DNA of 64,000 bases from Pseudomonadales bacterium (GTDB lineage: Bacteria; Pseudomonadota; Gammaproteobacteria; Pseudomonadales; Azotimanducaceae), in NCBI GenBank assembly GCA_022825925.1, contig JAJDVW010000165.1:479-64478 (forward strand). Reading direction: 5' to 3'. Of the stretch, positions 1-7,498 are shown piece after piece. Under the pieces are notes generated by a model. That model had not been told where the DNA came from, searched no databases, and saw only the letters and a list, made by a program, of their open reading frames with translations. The position numbers and the translations under genes were made by a program. The number at the start of each line of letters is the position of its first letter. Position 1 is the first letter of the stretch.

Positions 1-1
1 C

Positions 2-1405
2 GATCCCGCCCAGTCGGCACCACCCGCGCTCGACGCCGAGCCCGTCGAACTCCCCTCCCAGACCGTCCCGGCGCTGGAGGAAGACGTGCCGCCCGACGAC
101 GAGCGAGGGCGGCCGGAGCCATCCATCGCCGGGGCCGACGCGCCCATCGAACTCCCCCCGGAGACGGCCTCCGCGACCCCGGAAGACACGCCGGACGCCG
201 ACGAGCCCGTGGAACTCCCCTCCCAGACCGTCCCGGAACTGGAGGAAGACGTGCCGTCCGACGACGAACGAGGGTGGCCGGAGCCATCCATCGCCGGGGT
301 CGACGCGCCCATGGAACTTCCCCAGGGGACGCCCCCCCAGCCACCGGAAAACGCGCCCGCCGACGGTCCCGCCCAGCCGGCGCCACCCGTGTCCGGTGAC
401 GACGAGCCCCCGGAACTCCCCCCGCGGACCGTCCCGGAACCTCTGGAGAGCGAGCCGGACGCCGACGATCCCGCCCATTCGGCGCCGCCCGCGCTCGACG
501 CCGACGAGCCCGTCGAGCTTCCGCCGCAGACCGTCCCCGCGGCGCCGGAAGGCGCACCGACCGACGACAACCCCACGGCGCAAGCACCCCTGGCCGGCAT
601 CGCCGAGCCCGTGGAACTCCCCGAGCAGACGGTCCCGGCGCCGCGGGACGGGGAGTTGGCCGACGACGATCCCGCGCCATCGGAGTCAACCACCGTCGGC
701 GGCGAGGACGCCGTGGGACTTTCCTGGCACGCTGCTCCGGTGCCCCGGGAACGGCGCGAGCCCGCTGCCGCCACGGGGGATGTCGCGGGGGCCGGGGAGA
801 CCGGCGACGACGACATCGCCCTCGATGGCTCTCGCGGTTCTCCGGCGGCTCCCGCGCCGCGGCCATTGTTCGTGGTACGCGACGCCGACGCCTACTGGGT
901 GGACGCCGGCGCCTACGCCCTGCGGGACCTCGCGACGCTCGTCGCGGGCCGGCTGGGCGACGCCACGGGCGAGCCCGTCACCGTCGCCGAGACGCCGGCC
1001 GGCGACGGCGGACGCCGGCACCGGGTGCGCATCGGCCCGTTCGCCACGCTGGACGCGCTGGCGCCGGTGGACGCAGCCCTCGCCCGGGCCGACGGCGGGC
1101 CGCTCCGCCTCTCCGGGGACGACCCGGCCGCTCCCGCGCCGGATGCCCTGCGGGTGGGCACGGATGCGGCACGATTCCTGCGCATAGGGCTCTACGAGGA
1201 GCGCGCCGCCGCGGCCCGGCTCGCCGACGGCCTGCGCCGGGTGACGGACCTGCCGGTACTCGTCTCCGAACTCGGCGAAGATGCGGACGCGCAGCCCACG
1301 TACCACCTCCGGATCGGCCCCGTTCCGCCCCCCGGCGACCCCGCCGCCCTGCTCGAGGCGGTGCGGCGCACCCGGGCAAGCCTCCGGGAAGGAGGCGGAC
1401 CGTAG
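2..1405 (+). CDS. SPOR-domain protein with an acidic Pro/Glu-rich repeat region (5' end lies outside the window)
   Basis: The frame is open from the window edge. The N-terminal part is built of repeated DEPVELPxQTVP-type units. The C-terminal part has two SPOR-like segments (HRVRIGPFATLDAL..., YHLRIGPVPPPGD...). Confidence 0.6.
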   Translation, partial: DPAQSAPPALDAEPVELPSQTVPALEEDVPPDDERGRPEPSIAGADAPIELPPETASATPEDTPDADEPVELPSQTVPELEEDVPSDDERGWPEPSIAGVDAPMELPQGTPPQPPENAPADGPAQPAPPVSGDDEPPELPPRTVPEPLESEPDADDPAHSAPPALDADEPVELPPQTVPAAPEGAPTDDNPTAQAPLAGIAEPVELPEQTVPAPRDGELADDDPAPSESTTVGGEDAVGLSWHAAPVPRERREPAAATGDVAGAGETGDDDIALDGSRGSPAAPAPRPLFVVRDADAYWVDAGAYALRDLATLVAGRLGDATGEPVTVAETPAGDGGRRHRVRIGPFATLDALAPVDAALARADGGPLRLSGDDPAAPAPDALRVGTDAARFLRIGLYEERAAAARLADGLRRVTDLPVLVSELGEDADAQPTYHLRIGPVPPPGDPAALLEAVRRTRASLREGGGP

Positions 1406-1459
1406 GGCACGCGGTGGCGTGGGCTTGGCGGTGCCGTCGGAAACACCCGGCGGTCCCGG

Positions 1460-2575
1460 TCAACCCTCGTCCGCCTCCTCGTCGCGGGCGCCGGCGGCCG
1501 TCCCGAGCAGCGGCGCAAGGAACTTCTCCATGGCTTCCCGAGACCTGCGCGGCAGCGCTTCCTCGGGTTCGCCGAGCGCCATGGCCCGGGCCATGGTGCG
1601 CATGTACGGAATTCGCAGGTCCAGGTCGCGTCCCGCAAAGGCGGCCTGTATCTGGTCCGACGCGACCAGGGTCGGCAGCGGCCGCGTCTCGTTGACGACC
1701 AGCGAAGCGCCGGAACCTTCGAGCACCTGCAGCCAGCGCATGCCCACCGACAGTCCGGCGGGCGTCGGCTCGAACAGGACCAGGTAGTTGCTCACGTACG
1801 GACGCAGCAGTCGCGCCAGCGGAGGCGAAACGCCGCGGACGAGAACGAGGTGGGCCTGCGTGGAGAGCGTCTGGAGCGCCCCCGGCAGCGCATCGTAGTT
1901 CACGGCGGCCCCCGACACGCGGTCGAACGGGTGGGCAACGAGACCGATGCGGGGCGACACCCGGGCCACCAGCCTGTCGAGCGCCTGATCGTCGCCGCGC
2001 TCGAGGGCCTGCGCGAAACCGCGCACCGGCTCGGTGTCGAAGGCGAGCGACAGCGCGCCGAAGTGCGCGTCGAGGTCCATGCACAGCACGTATCGCCCGA
2101 GTTCCTCCGCAACCCGGGCCAGCAGCGCGGTCACGGTGGTCGTGCCCATGCCGCTGCCCACCACGACCAGCACGCGCGTACCCTCGATGGTCGGGCGTTC
2201 GGCCGTTTCATCCTGCACGGCCCTGCTCTCCGAGAGCCCGCGGCGCAGCCCGCCCGCGTCGAGCGGTTTCGGGAGATAGAGGAACACCCCGCCCCGATAG
2301 AGTTCGTTCGCCAGCGCGACGTTGTTCTCGGAGCCCGTGGCCAGCACGACGGTGTCCGGCCGGCACACGCCGAGCAGACTCCCCACGTGGGCCATGGGGT
2401 TCTGTTCCCCATCGAGGTCCACCAGCACCACGTCCGGCGATACGGAACGCTGGTACACCCGCGCGGCCTCCCGCACGTTGCCCTTGCGCGCGTGCGCGCC
2501 CTCCTGCTGCGCCTGGCGAACGACCGCGAGGTTCTCGTTGTCGTTCACGAACGCTGCGAAGCTGTGCTCTGCCAT
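1460..2575 (-). CDS. CpaE/TadZ-like MinD/ParA-superfamily protein with an N-terminal receiver-like domain
   Basis: The ATG at 2575 (MAEHSFAAFVND...) follows an Arg-rich non-coding-looking extension of the ORF. There is a receiver-like N-domain, then VLVVVGSGMGTTTVTALLA...CMDLDAHFGALSLAFD. That resembles the TadZ deviant P-loop region, but the Walker lysine is missing. Confidence 0.55.
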   Translation of the reverse strand: MAEHSFAAFVNDNENLAVVRQAQQEGAHARKGNVREAARVYQRSVSPDVVLVDLDGEQNPMAHVGSLLGVCRPDTVVLATGSENNVALANELYRGGVFLYLPKPLDAGGLRRGLSESRAVQDETAERPTIEGTRVLVVVGSGMGTTTVTALLARVAEELGRYVLCMDLDAHFGALSLAFDTEPVRGFAQALERGDDQALDRLVARVSPRIGLVAHPFDRVSGAAVNYDALPGALQTLSTQAHLVLVRGVSPPLARLLRPYVSNYLVLFEPTPAGLSVGMRWLQVLEGSGASLVVNETRPLPTLVASDQIQAAFAGRDLDLRIPYMRTMARAMALGEPEEALPRRSREAMEKFLAPLLGTAAGARDEEADEG

Positions 2576-2612
2576 GCCCTCGCCCTGGCCGTCCCGGGGA
2601 ACCTCCGGCCGG

Positions 2613-2870
2613 TCAGCCGCCCCCGAGGAGGCCGCCCAGCACGCCGCCCTCGCCGCCGGAGCCGCCACCCTCGCCGCGCAGGCCGCCCACGGCCGACGCG
2701 GCCGCGGCCGCGTCGAGCGGGCCCTCCGCGTCTCGCCCGGCCTGCACCATCGCGTCCCGCGCCAACGCCACGGCGTCGCCCTGCGGCCCCGGGGCGGGCG
2801 TCTGACACGCGCACAGGAGCACGGACGCAAACGGCGCCAGCAACGTCAAGCGCTTCATCGACTTCATCAT
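2613..2870 (-). CDS. Small Gly-rich lipoprotein
   Basis: MMKSMKRLTLLAPFASVLLCAC is a signal peptide plus lipobox. The C-terminal tail is Gly-rich. The gene sits 37 nt upstream of the TadZ-like gene on the same strand. Confidence 0.5.
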   Translation of the reverse strand: MMKSMKRLTLLAPFASVLLCACQTPAPGPQGDAVALARDAMVQAGRDAEGPLDAAAAASAVGGLRGEGGGSGGEGGVLGGLLGGG

Positions 2871-3086
2871 GCGCACCCCCACGGGTGTTGTCCGAGGCCA
2901 TAGGGTACGCCAATGGCCGGGCATGGAACAGTCGCCTCGCCAAACCCGGCACCGTCAAGGATCACCCCAGTCTGCCCGAAGTCCCGCGGGCGACCAACGC
3001 ACTCATTTCGTGCTTCGGGGTGGACGGCAGAACGCGGCCCATGAGCGTTTGGTACGATCACGTTCGTCCTGCAGGAGGCTGCGCGT

Positions 3087-4550
3087 ATGGAGAGCCCTGC
3101 CAGCGCGCGCCGCCGGCGCATATCCGCCCGCACCAAGCTCGCCTTCTCCTCCGGGTCCCTGGAGCAGGCCATGGTCGGGGCGGCCGGCGTCGCCACGATG
3201 ATCTATTACAATCAGGTGCTGGGCGTCTCCCCGGCGCTCTGCGGCACGGCGTTCCTGATCGCCAGCATCGTCGACGCAGTGTCGGATCCGCTCGTCGGCG
3301 CGCTGTCGGACAGCGTGCGGACGCGATGGGGCCGGCGGCACCCCTTCATGTTCCTCTCCGCTTTCCCCCTGGCGGTCTGCTTCTACCTGATGTACCAGCC
3401 GCCGGACGGGCTGTCCGAACAGGCGCTGTTCCTCTGGTTCACGGCGACCATGATCGGCGTCCGGCTCGCGAAGACCTTCTACGCCGTGCCGCACAGCGCG
3501 CTCGGCGCCGAACTGACCGACGACTACAACGAGCGCACGTCGGTCTGGGGCTGGAACTGGATCGTGGGGGTCGTGGGCGCCGTCGCGCTCGGTGTCTTCG
3601 TCATGTTCGTCGTCTTTCCCTCGACGCCCGACTACGCCAACGGCTTGCTGGATCCGGACCGCTACTGGTTCCTGGCGCTGTTCGGCGCGGTGTTCTGCTT
3701 CGGCGCCATCATGTTCTGCACGCTCGCGACGGCGGACCAGATCCCCTTCCTGCACGGCGAGCAGTCCCTGGCGGAGCGAACGGGCAACTACTACCGACGC
3801 TTCTTCCGCGACACGTTCGCGAACCTGCGCGCCCTGGTCGTGAACCCCTCCTACCTGTCCGTCTGCCTCTGCTGGCTGATCCTCGCCATCTCCGGGGGGG
3901 TGATCGAGATCGTGGCGACGTATACCTTCGTCTACGCCTTCGACTTCTCGACCGAACAGATCGCGCTGCGCGACATCGTGCGCGTGCCGGGCGTGCTCCT
4001 GGTCGTCGTGCTGGCGGCGTGGCTCACGCGGGTGATGGACAAGAAGTACACGGTCATCTCGATGATCGCGGTCACGACGTTCCTGGTCGGCCTGCCGTAC
4101 TGCCTGCGGCTCATCGGATGGTTTCCGGAGAACGGCACCATCTGGCTGGTGATCGCCTTCTTCGGCATCTGGGGCCTCGGGTTCATCACCCTGCCCGTCG
4201 TCCCCGTCGTCATCGACTCGCAGCTCGTGGACGTGGCCGACGAGCACGAACTCGAGACGGGCAACCGCGCGGAGGGCATGATCTTCGCGGTCCGCACCTT
4301 CGCGATCAAGCTCACCCAGGGGCTCGGCGGACTGATCGGCGGGTTCGGCCTCGAGATCATCGGTTTCCCCGACGACGCGGCGACGCAGGGCGTGTCCGCC
4401 GAAGTCATCGACGGCCTGCTCTTCATGATGGGCCCGCTGTACTACATCATCGTGTACGGGGGACTGGGGTTCGCCTTCATGTACCGCATCGACAAGCAGC
4501 GGCACGAGGAAATTCTGCAGGCGCTCGAGACGCGGCGGGCGGCGCGATAA
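3087..4550 (+). CDS. GPH-family (MelB/YicJ-like) MFS sugar/cation symporter
   Basis: AGGAGG lies 8 nt upstream of the ATG. The GPH signature IVDAVSDPLVGALSDSVRTRWGRRHPFM is present, and the protein is multi-pass hydrophobic throughout. Confidence 0.85.
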   Translation: MESPASARRRRISARTKLAFSSGSLEQAMVGAAGVATMIYYNQVLGVSPALCGTAFLIASIVDAVSDPLVGALSDSVRTRWGRRHPFMFLSAFPLAVCFYLMYQPPDGLSEQALFLWFTATMIGVRLAKTFYAVPHSALGAELTDDYNERTSVWGWNWIVGVVGAVALGVFVMFVVFPSTPDYANGLLDPDRYWFLALFGAVFCFGAIMFCTLATADQIPFLHGEQSLAERTGNYYRRFFRDTFANLRALVVNPSYLSVCLCWLILAISGGVIEIVATYTFVYAFDFSTEQIALRDIVRVPGVLLVVVLAAWLTRVMDKKYTVISMIAVTTFLVGLPYCLRLIGWFPENGTIWLVIAFFGIWGLGFITLPVVPVVIDSQLVDVADEHELETGNRAEGMIFAVRTFAIKLTQGLGGLIGGFGLEIIGFPDDAATQGVSAEVIDGLLFMMGPLYYIIVYGGLGFAFMYRIDKQRHEEILQALETRRAAR

Positions 4551-4554
4551 GGGC

Positions 4555-4592
4555 CCCGAGAGGGCTCGGGCAGGGGCCCCGGAAAAGCCCCT
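4555..4592. terminator. Two adjacent GC hairpins between convergent genes (candidate bidirectional terminator)
   Basis: CCCGAG-aggg-CTCGGG (4555-4570) and AGGGGC-cccggaaaa-GCCCCT (4572-4592). They lie between the MFS stop (4550) and the SCP2 stop (4596). There is no clear U-tract. Confidence 0.4.
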
Positions 4593-4595
4593 TCG

Positions 4596-5030
4596 TCAGG
4601 CGGTACGGCGCGCGAGCACGTCGTGGAGTCCGGCCAGGAAGGGCGTCGCGCCCATGCCGTCCGCATTCCCCTCCCGCCGCATCTTGCCTTCGGCCATCGC
4701 CGCCTCCACGGCCTTCTGCGCCGCGGCCGCGCCGTCGGGATTCCCTTCGAAGACGGTGCGCGCCAGGGGGACAACGGTGTCATAGTCCGCGACGATCGTC
4801 GCGTCGGCGTCCTCGATCACTCCGTGACCCACTTCCACTTTCCCGCCGGCGATGCGAAAATACCAGCCCGTGATGCCGTCAGCTTCCGTGACGATGTCAT
4901 TGGGTGCGTTCGTGAACTTCTCGCAGAATGCCGTCGTGATATCGCTGATGTCGTGTTCAGCGCATTGTGATTCTATGTAGTCGCGGGCGACACCGACCCA
5001 CGCGGCACTGCAGAACGGATACTTTTCCAT
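4596..5030 (-). CDS. SCP2 sterol-carrier-like domain protein
   Basis: Only the last 144 codons of the 499-aa ORF look coding, starting at MEKYPFCSAAWVGVARDY.... The motif GWYFRIAGGKVEVGHG... is typical of SCP2-fold proteins. GGGAG lies upstream of the ATG at 5030. Confidence 0.65.
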   Translation of the reverse strand: MEKYPFCSAAWVGVARDYIESQCAEHDISDITTAFCEKFTNAPNDIVTEADGITGWYFRIAGGKVEVGHGVIEDADATIVADYDTVVPLARTVFEGNPDGAAAAQKAVEAAMAEGKMRREGNADGMGATPFLAGLHDVLARRTA

Positions 5031-5078
5031 CGCGCGAACTCCCGTAGAACCCCCTCCCTCAACAAGAATCAGTCTACT

Positions 5079-5744
5079 ATGTCCGCACAACCACAGACCG
5101 TCCATGTCCAATATCCACTGCGGGAGCGCCGCAAGCAGCGCACCCGGGCCGCGCTGATCGACGCCGCCATCGGCCTTTTCTCCACGAAGGGGTACGACGA
5201 CACCACGCTCGAGGAAGTCGCCGATCACGCCGGTCTGCACGTACAGACCCTGTACCGGCACTTCCCGTCGAAACCCGAACTCGCGATCGCCGTCGACCGG
5301 CGCCAGATCGAGGAGTTCCGCCAGGCGATCGAGGATCCGGCGCGGACCAGCGACACCTTCGAGTTCTGGCGCGGGCAGATCGTGTTCAACACCACGCAGC
5401 TGGAGCAGGAAGCCGGCGGGCTCTCGAACTTCCGCGAGCTGCTCCGGCAGCAGCACCACTCGCCGTCGATCGCCCTGCGGCTGCACACGCTGAACGACGA
5501 GTACGAGGACCTGCTCACGGCCTCCCTGGCAAGGGACTTCCGCATGGATCCGGTCGGCGACCGATTGCCGAGGCTGGTCGCCTGCATGCTCGTCGCCGGC
5601 AACCGGCACGTCGTGAACCGATGGGCGCAAGAAGGGGCGTTCGAACTCGCCGCCGAACTCGTGGCGGTGGCCGACTACGTGGCAAGCCTGTTCCGGCACC
5701 ACGTCGTCGCGGCCGATACGCCGGCGAACGCCGCCGGCGGATAG
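5079..5744 (+). CDS. TetR/AcrR-family transcriptional regulator
   Basis: The N-terminal HTH reads RTRAALIDAAIGLFSTKGYDDTTLEEVADHAGLHVQTLYRHFPSKPEL. The gene is divergent from the SCP2 gene across a 48-bp spacer. Confidence 0.9.
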   Translation: MSAQPQTVHVQYPLRERRKQRTRAALIDAAIGLFSTKGYDDTTLEEVADHAGLHVQTLYRHFPSKPELAIAVDRRQIEEFRQAIEDPARTSDTFEFWRGQIVFNTTQLEQEAGGLSNFRELLRQQHHSPSIALRLHTLNDEYEDLLTASLARDFRMDPVGDRLPRLVACMLVAGNRHVVNRWAQEGAFELAAELVAVADYVASLFRHHVVAADTPANAAGG

Positions 5745-5766
5745 CCGGACGCACGGGCTACCGGCG

Positions 5767-6399
5767 CTGACCCCGGCAGCCGCCGACGGCGCCGCGTCGC
5801 CGTCGGACATCCTCCGGTTCTGGTTCGAGGACGCCTGGAGCGACCCCGTCGCGGCCGCCGCGCGCTCGGAGTTCTGGTACGGCGCCGCCGAGGCGCTCGA
5901 CGGCACCATCCGGGAACGTTTCGGGGCCGCTTTGCAGGCCGCCGCTTCCGGGGCGCTACGAGTTTGGGAAGCGACTCCCGAGGGCGCCGTGGCCGTCGTC
6001 GTCCTGCTCGACCAGTTCTCCCGACACTGCCACCGCGACACCGCCGACGCGTTCGCGAACGACCAGGCGGCGCTCCGGTCCGCCAAGCGCGCCATCGCGG
6101 CAGGTCTCGACGCCGCGCTGCCTCCCCCGGGCCGTATCTTCCTGCTGCACCCGTTCCATCACAGCGAGTCGCTCGTCGAGCAGGAACGGTACGTGGACGC
6201 CGTCAACAACCTCGTCCACACGGTCGCGCCGGCGTGGCGCACGTTCGCCGGGAGCTTCGTCCGTTACGCCGTCCACCACCGGGACGTCATCGCGCGCTTC
6301 GGCCGCTTCCCGCACCGCAACGAGGCCCTCGGCCGCACGGACACCGCCGCCGAGCGGGACTACCTCGCCGCCACCGGCGGCAAGCCGTCCCCGGACTGA
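5767..6399 (+). CDS. DUF924-family protein (start codon uncertain)
   Basis: The C-terminal motif FGRFPHRNEALGRTDTAAERDYL and the upstream in-frame ILRFWFED...EFWYG are DUF924 hallmarks. The conserved N-terminus lies upstream of the first ATG/GTG/TTG (5932). CTG at 5767 is the only plausible start I see. Confidence 0.7.
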   Translation: MTPAAADGAASPSDILRFWFEDAWSDPVAAAARSEFWYGAAEALDGTIRERFGAALQAAASGALRVWEATPEGAVAVVVLLDQFSRHCHRDTADAFANDQAALRSAKRAIAAGLDAALPPPGRIFLLHPFHHSESLVEQERYVDAVNNLVHTVAPAWRTFAGSFVRYAVHHRDVIARFGRFPHRNEALGRTDTAAERDYLAATGGKPSPD

Positions 6400-6491
6400 A
6401 GCCGCCCCCGCCGCCATGATCGAAAGGGGCGCCGGGCGGCCCGGCCCGCGCACCGCCTTTTCGTGTATCTTCTCCGACGAGCCGCAAGACC

Positions 6492-6875
6492 ATGCTCTGG
6501 GTCGTCGACAAGAAGGTGATCCGGCACACGATCGATGCCGGTACGGCGTTGGTGGAGGTGCCGATCCGGATCCGCTTCGAGTACTGCCTGCGCGACGAAC
6601 GTTTCGTCGAGGGCACGCTCAAGCGGGATTTCCTGTACAACCGGCCGGAGCTGCTGCGTCGGTTCCCGCGATTGCAGGAGCGCTCTCTCGACGCGGAGAT
6701 CGAGGGCACCGTGGACCGGACCATCGTCGAGCACCTGATGTTCGCCGGGTACGCGGAGGGTCAAGTGCGGTTGTTCCCGAGCGAGGTGGACGACGCGGCC
6801 GGGGACGCCGGCGATACGCCGGCGCCGGAGATCATCATGCCGCACGGAACGCACGGAAGAAGAAGGGAGGACTGA
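6492..6875 (+). CDS. Hypothetical protein (127 aa), first gene of the coupled module
   Basis: The composition is protein-like (K, I, F, Y, E balanced), unlike the surrounding artefact ORFs. Its stop overlaps the next start (TGATG at 6873-6877). I do not recognise a family. Confidence 0.55.
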   Translation: MLWVVDKKVIRHTIDAGTALVEVPIRIRFEYCLRDERFVEGTLKRDFLYNRPELLRRFPRLQERSLDAEIEGTVDRTIVEHLMFAGYAEGQVRLFPSEVDDAAGDAGDTPAPEIIMPHGTHGRRRED

Positions 6876-7498
6876 TGGGGCTCTACGCAAGACACGTGCT
6901 GCCGAGGCTCATCGACCTGGCGTGCGGGCAGGAACCGATGGCGAAGGTCCGGGGGGCCTACGTGTCCCGCGCGCGCGGCCGGGTGCTCGAGATCGGCTTC
7001 GGCACGGGACACAACCTCGCCCACTACGCCACCGGCGAGGACGCGCCGGACTCGCTGTTCGCCCTGGAGCCCGCCACGGACATCGCCGAGCGCGCCCGCG
7101 AACGCCTCGCCGCCACGCCCCTCCCCGTCGAGGTGTCGAACGCCTCCGCGGAGGACATTCCAGCCGAGGACGGCACGTTCGACACCGTGGTCTCGACCTG
7201 GACGCTCTGCTCCGTCCCCAACGTCTATCGCTGCCTCGCCGAACTGCGGCGCGTGCTGAAGCCCCGGGGGCGGCTGATCTTCGCCGAACACGGCGCGAGC
7301 CCCGAGCCGGCGATCCAGCGCTGGCAGCGGCGCATCGAACCGGCATGGAAGGTCATCGGGGGCGGCTGTCACCTGTCGCGCCCCGCCGACACGCTCATCG
7401 CGAACGCCGGTTTCCGCATCGACGAACTCGAGACCGGCTACCTGCCCGGACCGAAACTCGCGACGTTCACCTATCGAGGCGTGGCCGCGCCCCGGTGA
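6875..7498 (+). CDS. Class I SAM-dependent methyltransferase (Methyltransf_11-like)
   Basis: GGGAGG lies upstream of the ATG at 6875. The SAM motif I is VLEIGFGTGHN, and the post-I/II region is LKPRGRLIFAEHG. Confidence 0.85.
   Translation: MGLYARHVLPRLIDLACGQEPMAKVRGAYVSRARGRVLEIGFGTGHNLAHYATGEDAPDSLFALEPATDIAERARERLAATPLPVEVSNASAEDIPAEDGTFDTVVSTWTLCSVPNVYRCLAELRRVLKPRGRLIFAEHGASPEPAIQRWQRRIEPAWKVIGGGCHLSRPADTLIANAGFRIDELETGYLPGPKLATFTYRGVAAPR

Noticed and set aside
1460-2870. A Tad/Flp pilus locus.
   Set aside because: Only a TadZ/CpaE-like gene and a small lipoprotein are present. No pilin, prepilin peptidase, secretin, CpaF/TadA ATPase or TadB/C genes are visible nearby.
1850-4873. A 1007-aa plus-strand ORF spanning the TadZ-like, lipoprotein and MFS genes.
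   Set aside because: It is Arg/Pro/Ala/Gly-dominated low-complexity translation with no recognisable motifs. It is antisense to, or out of frame with, genes that have clear family signatures. This is a typical open-frame artefact of very high GC content.
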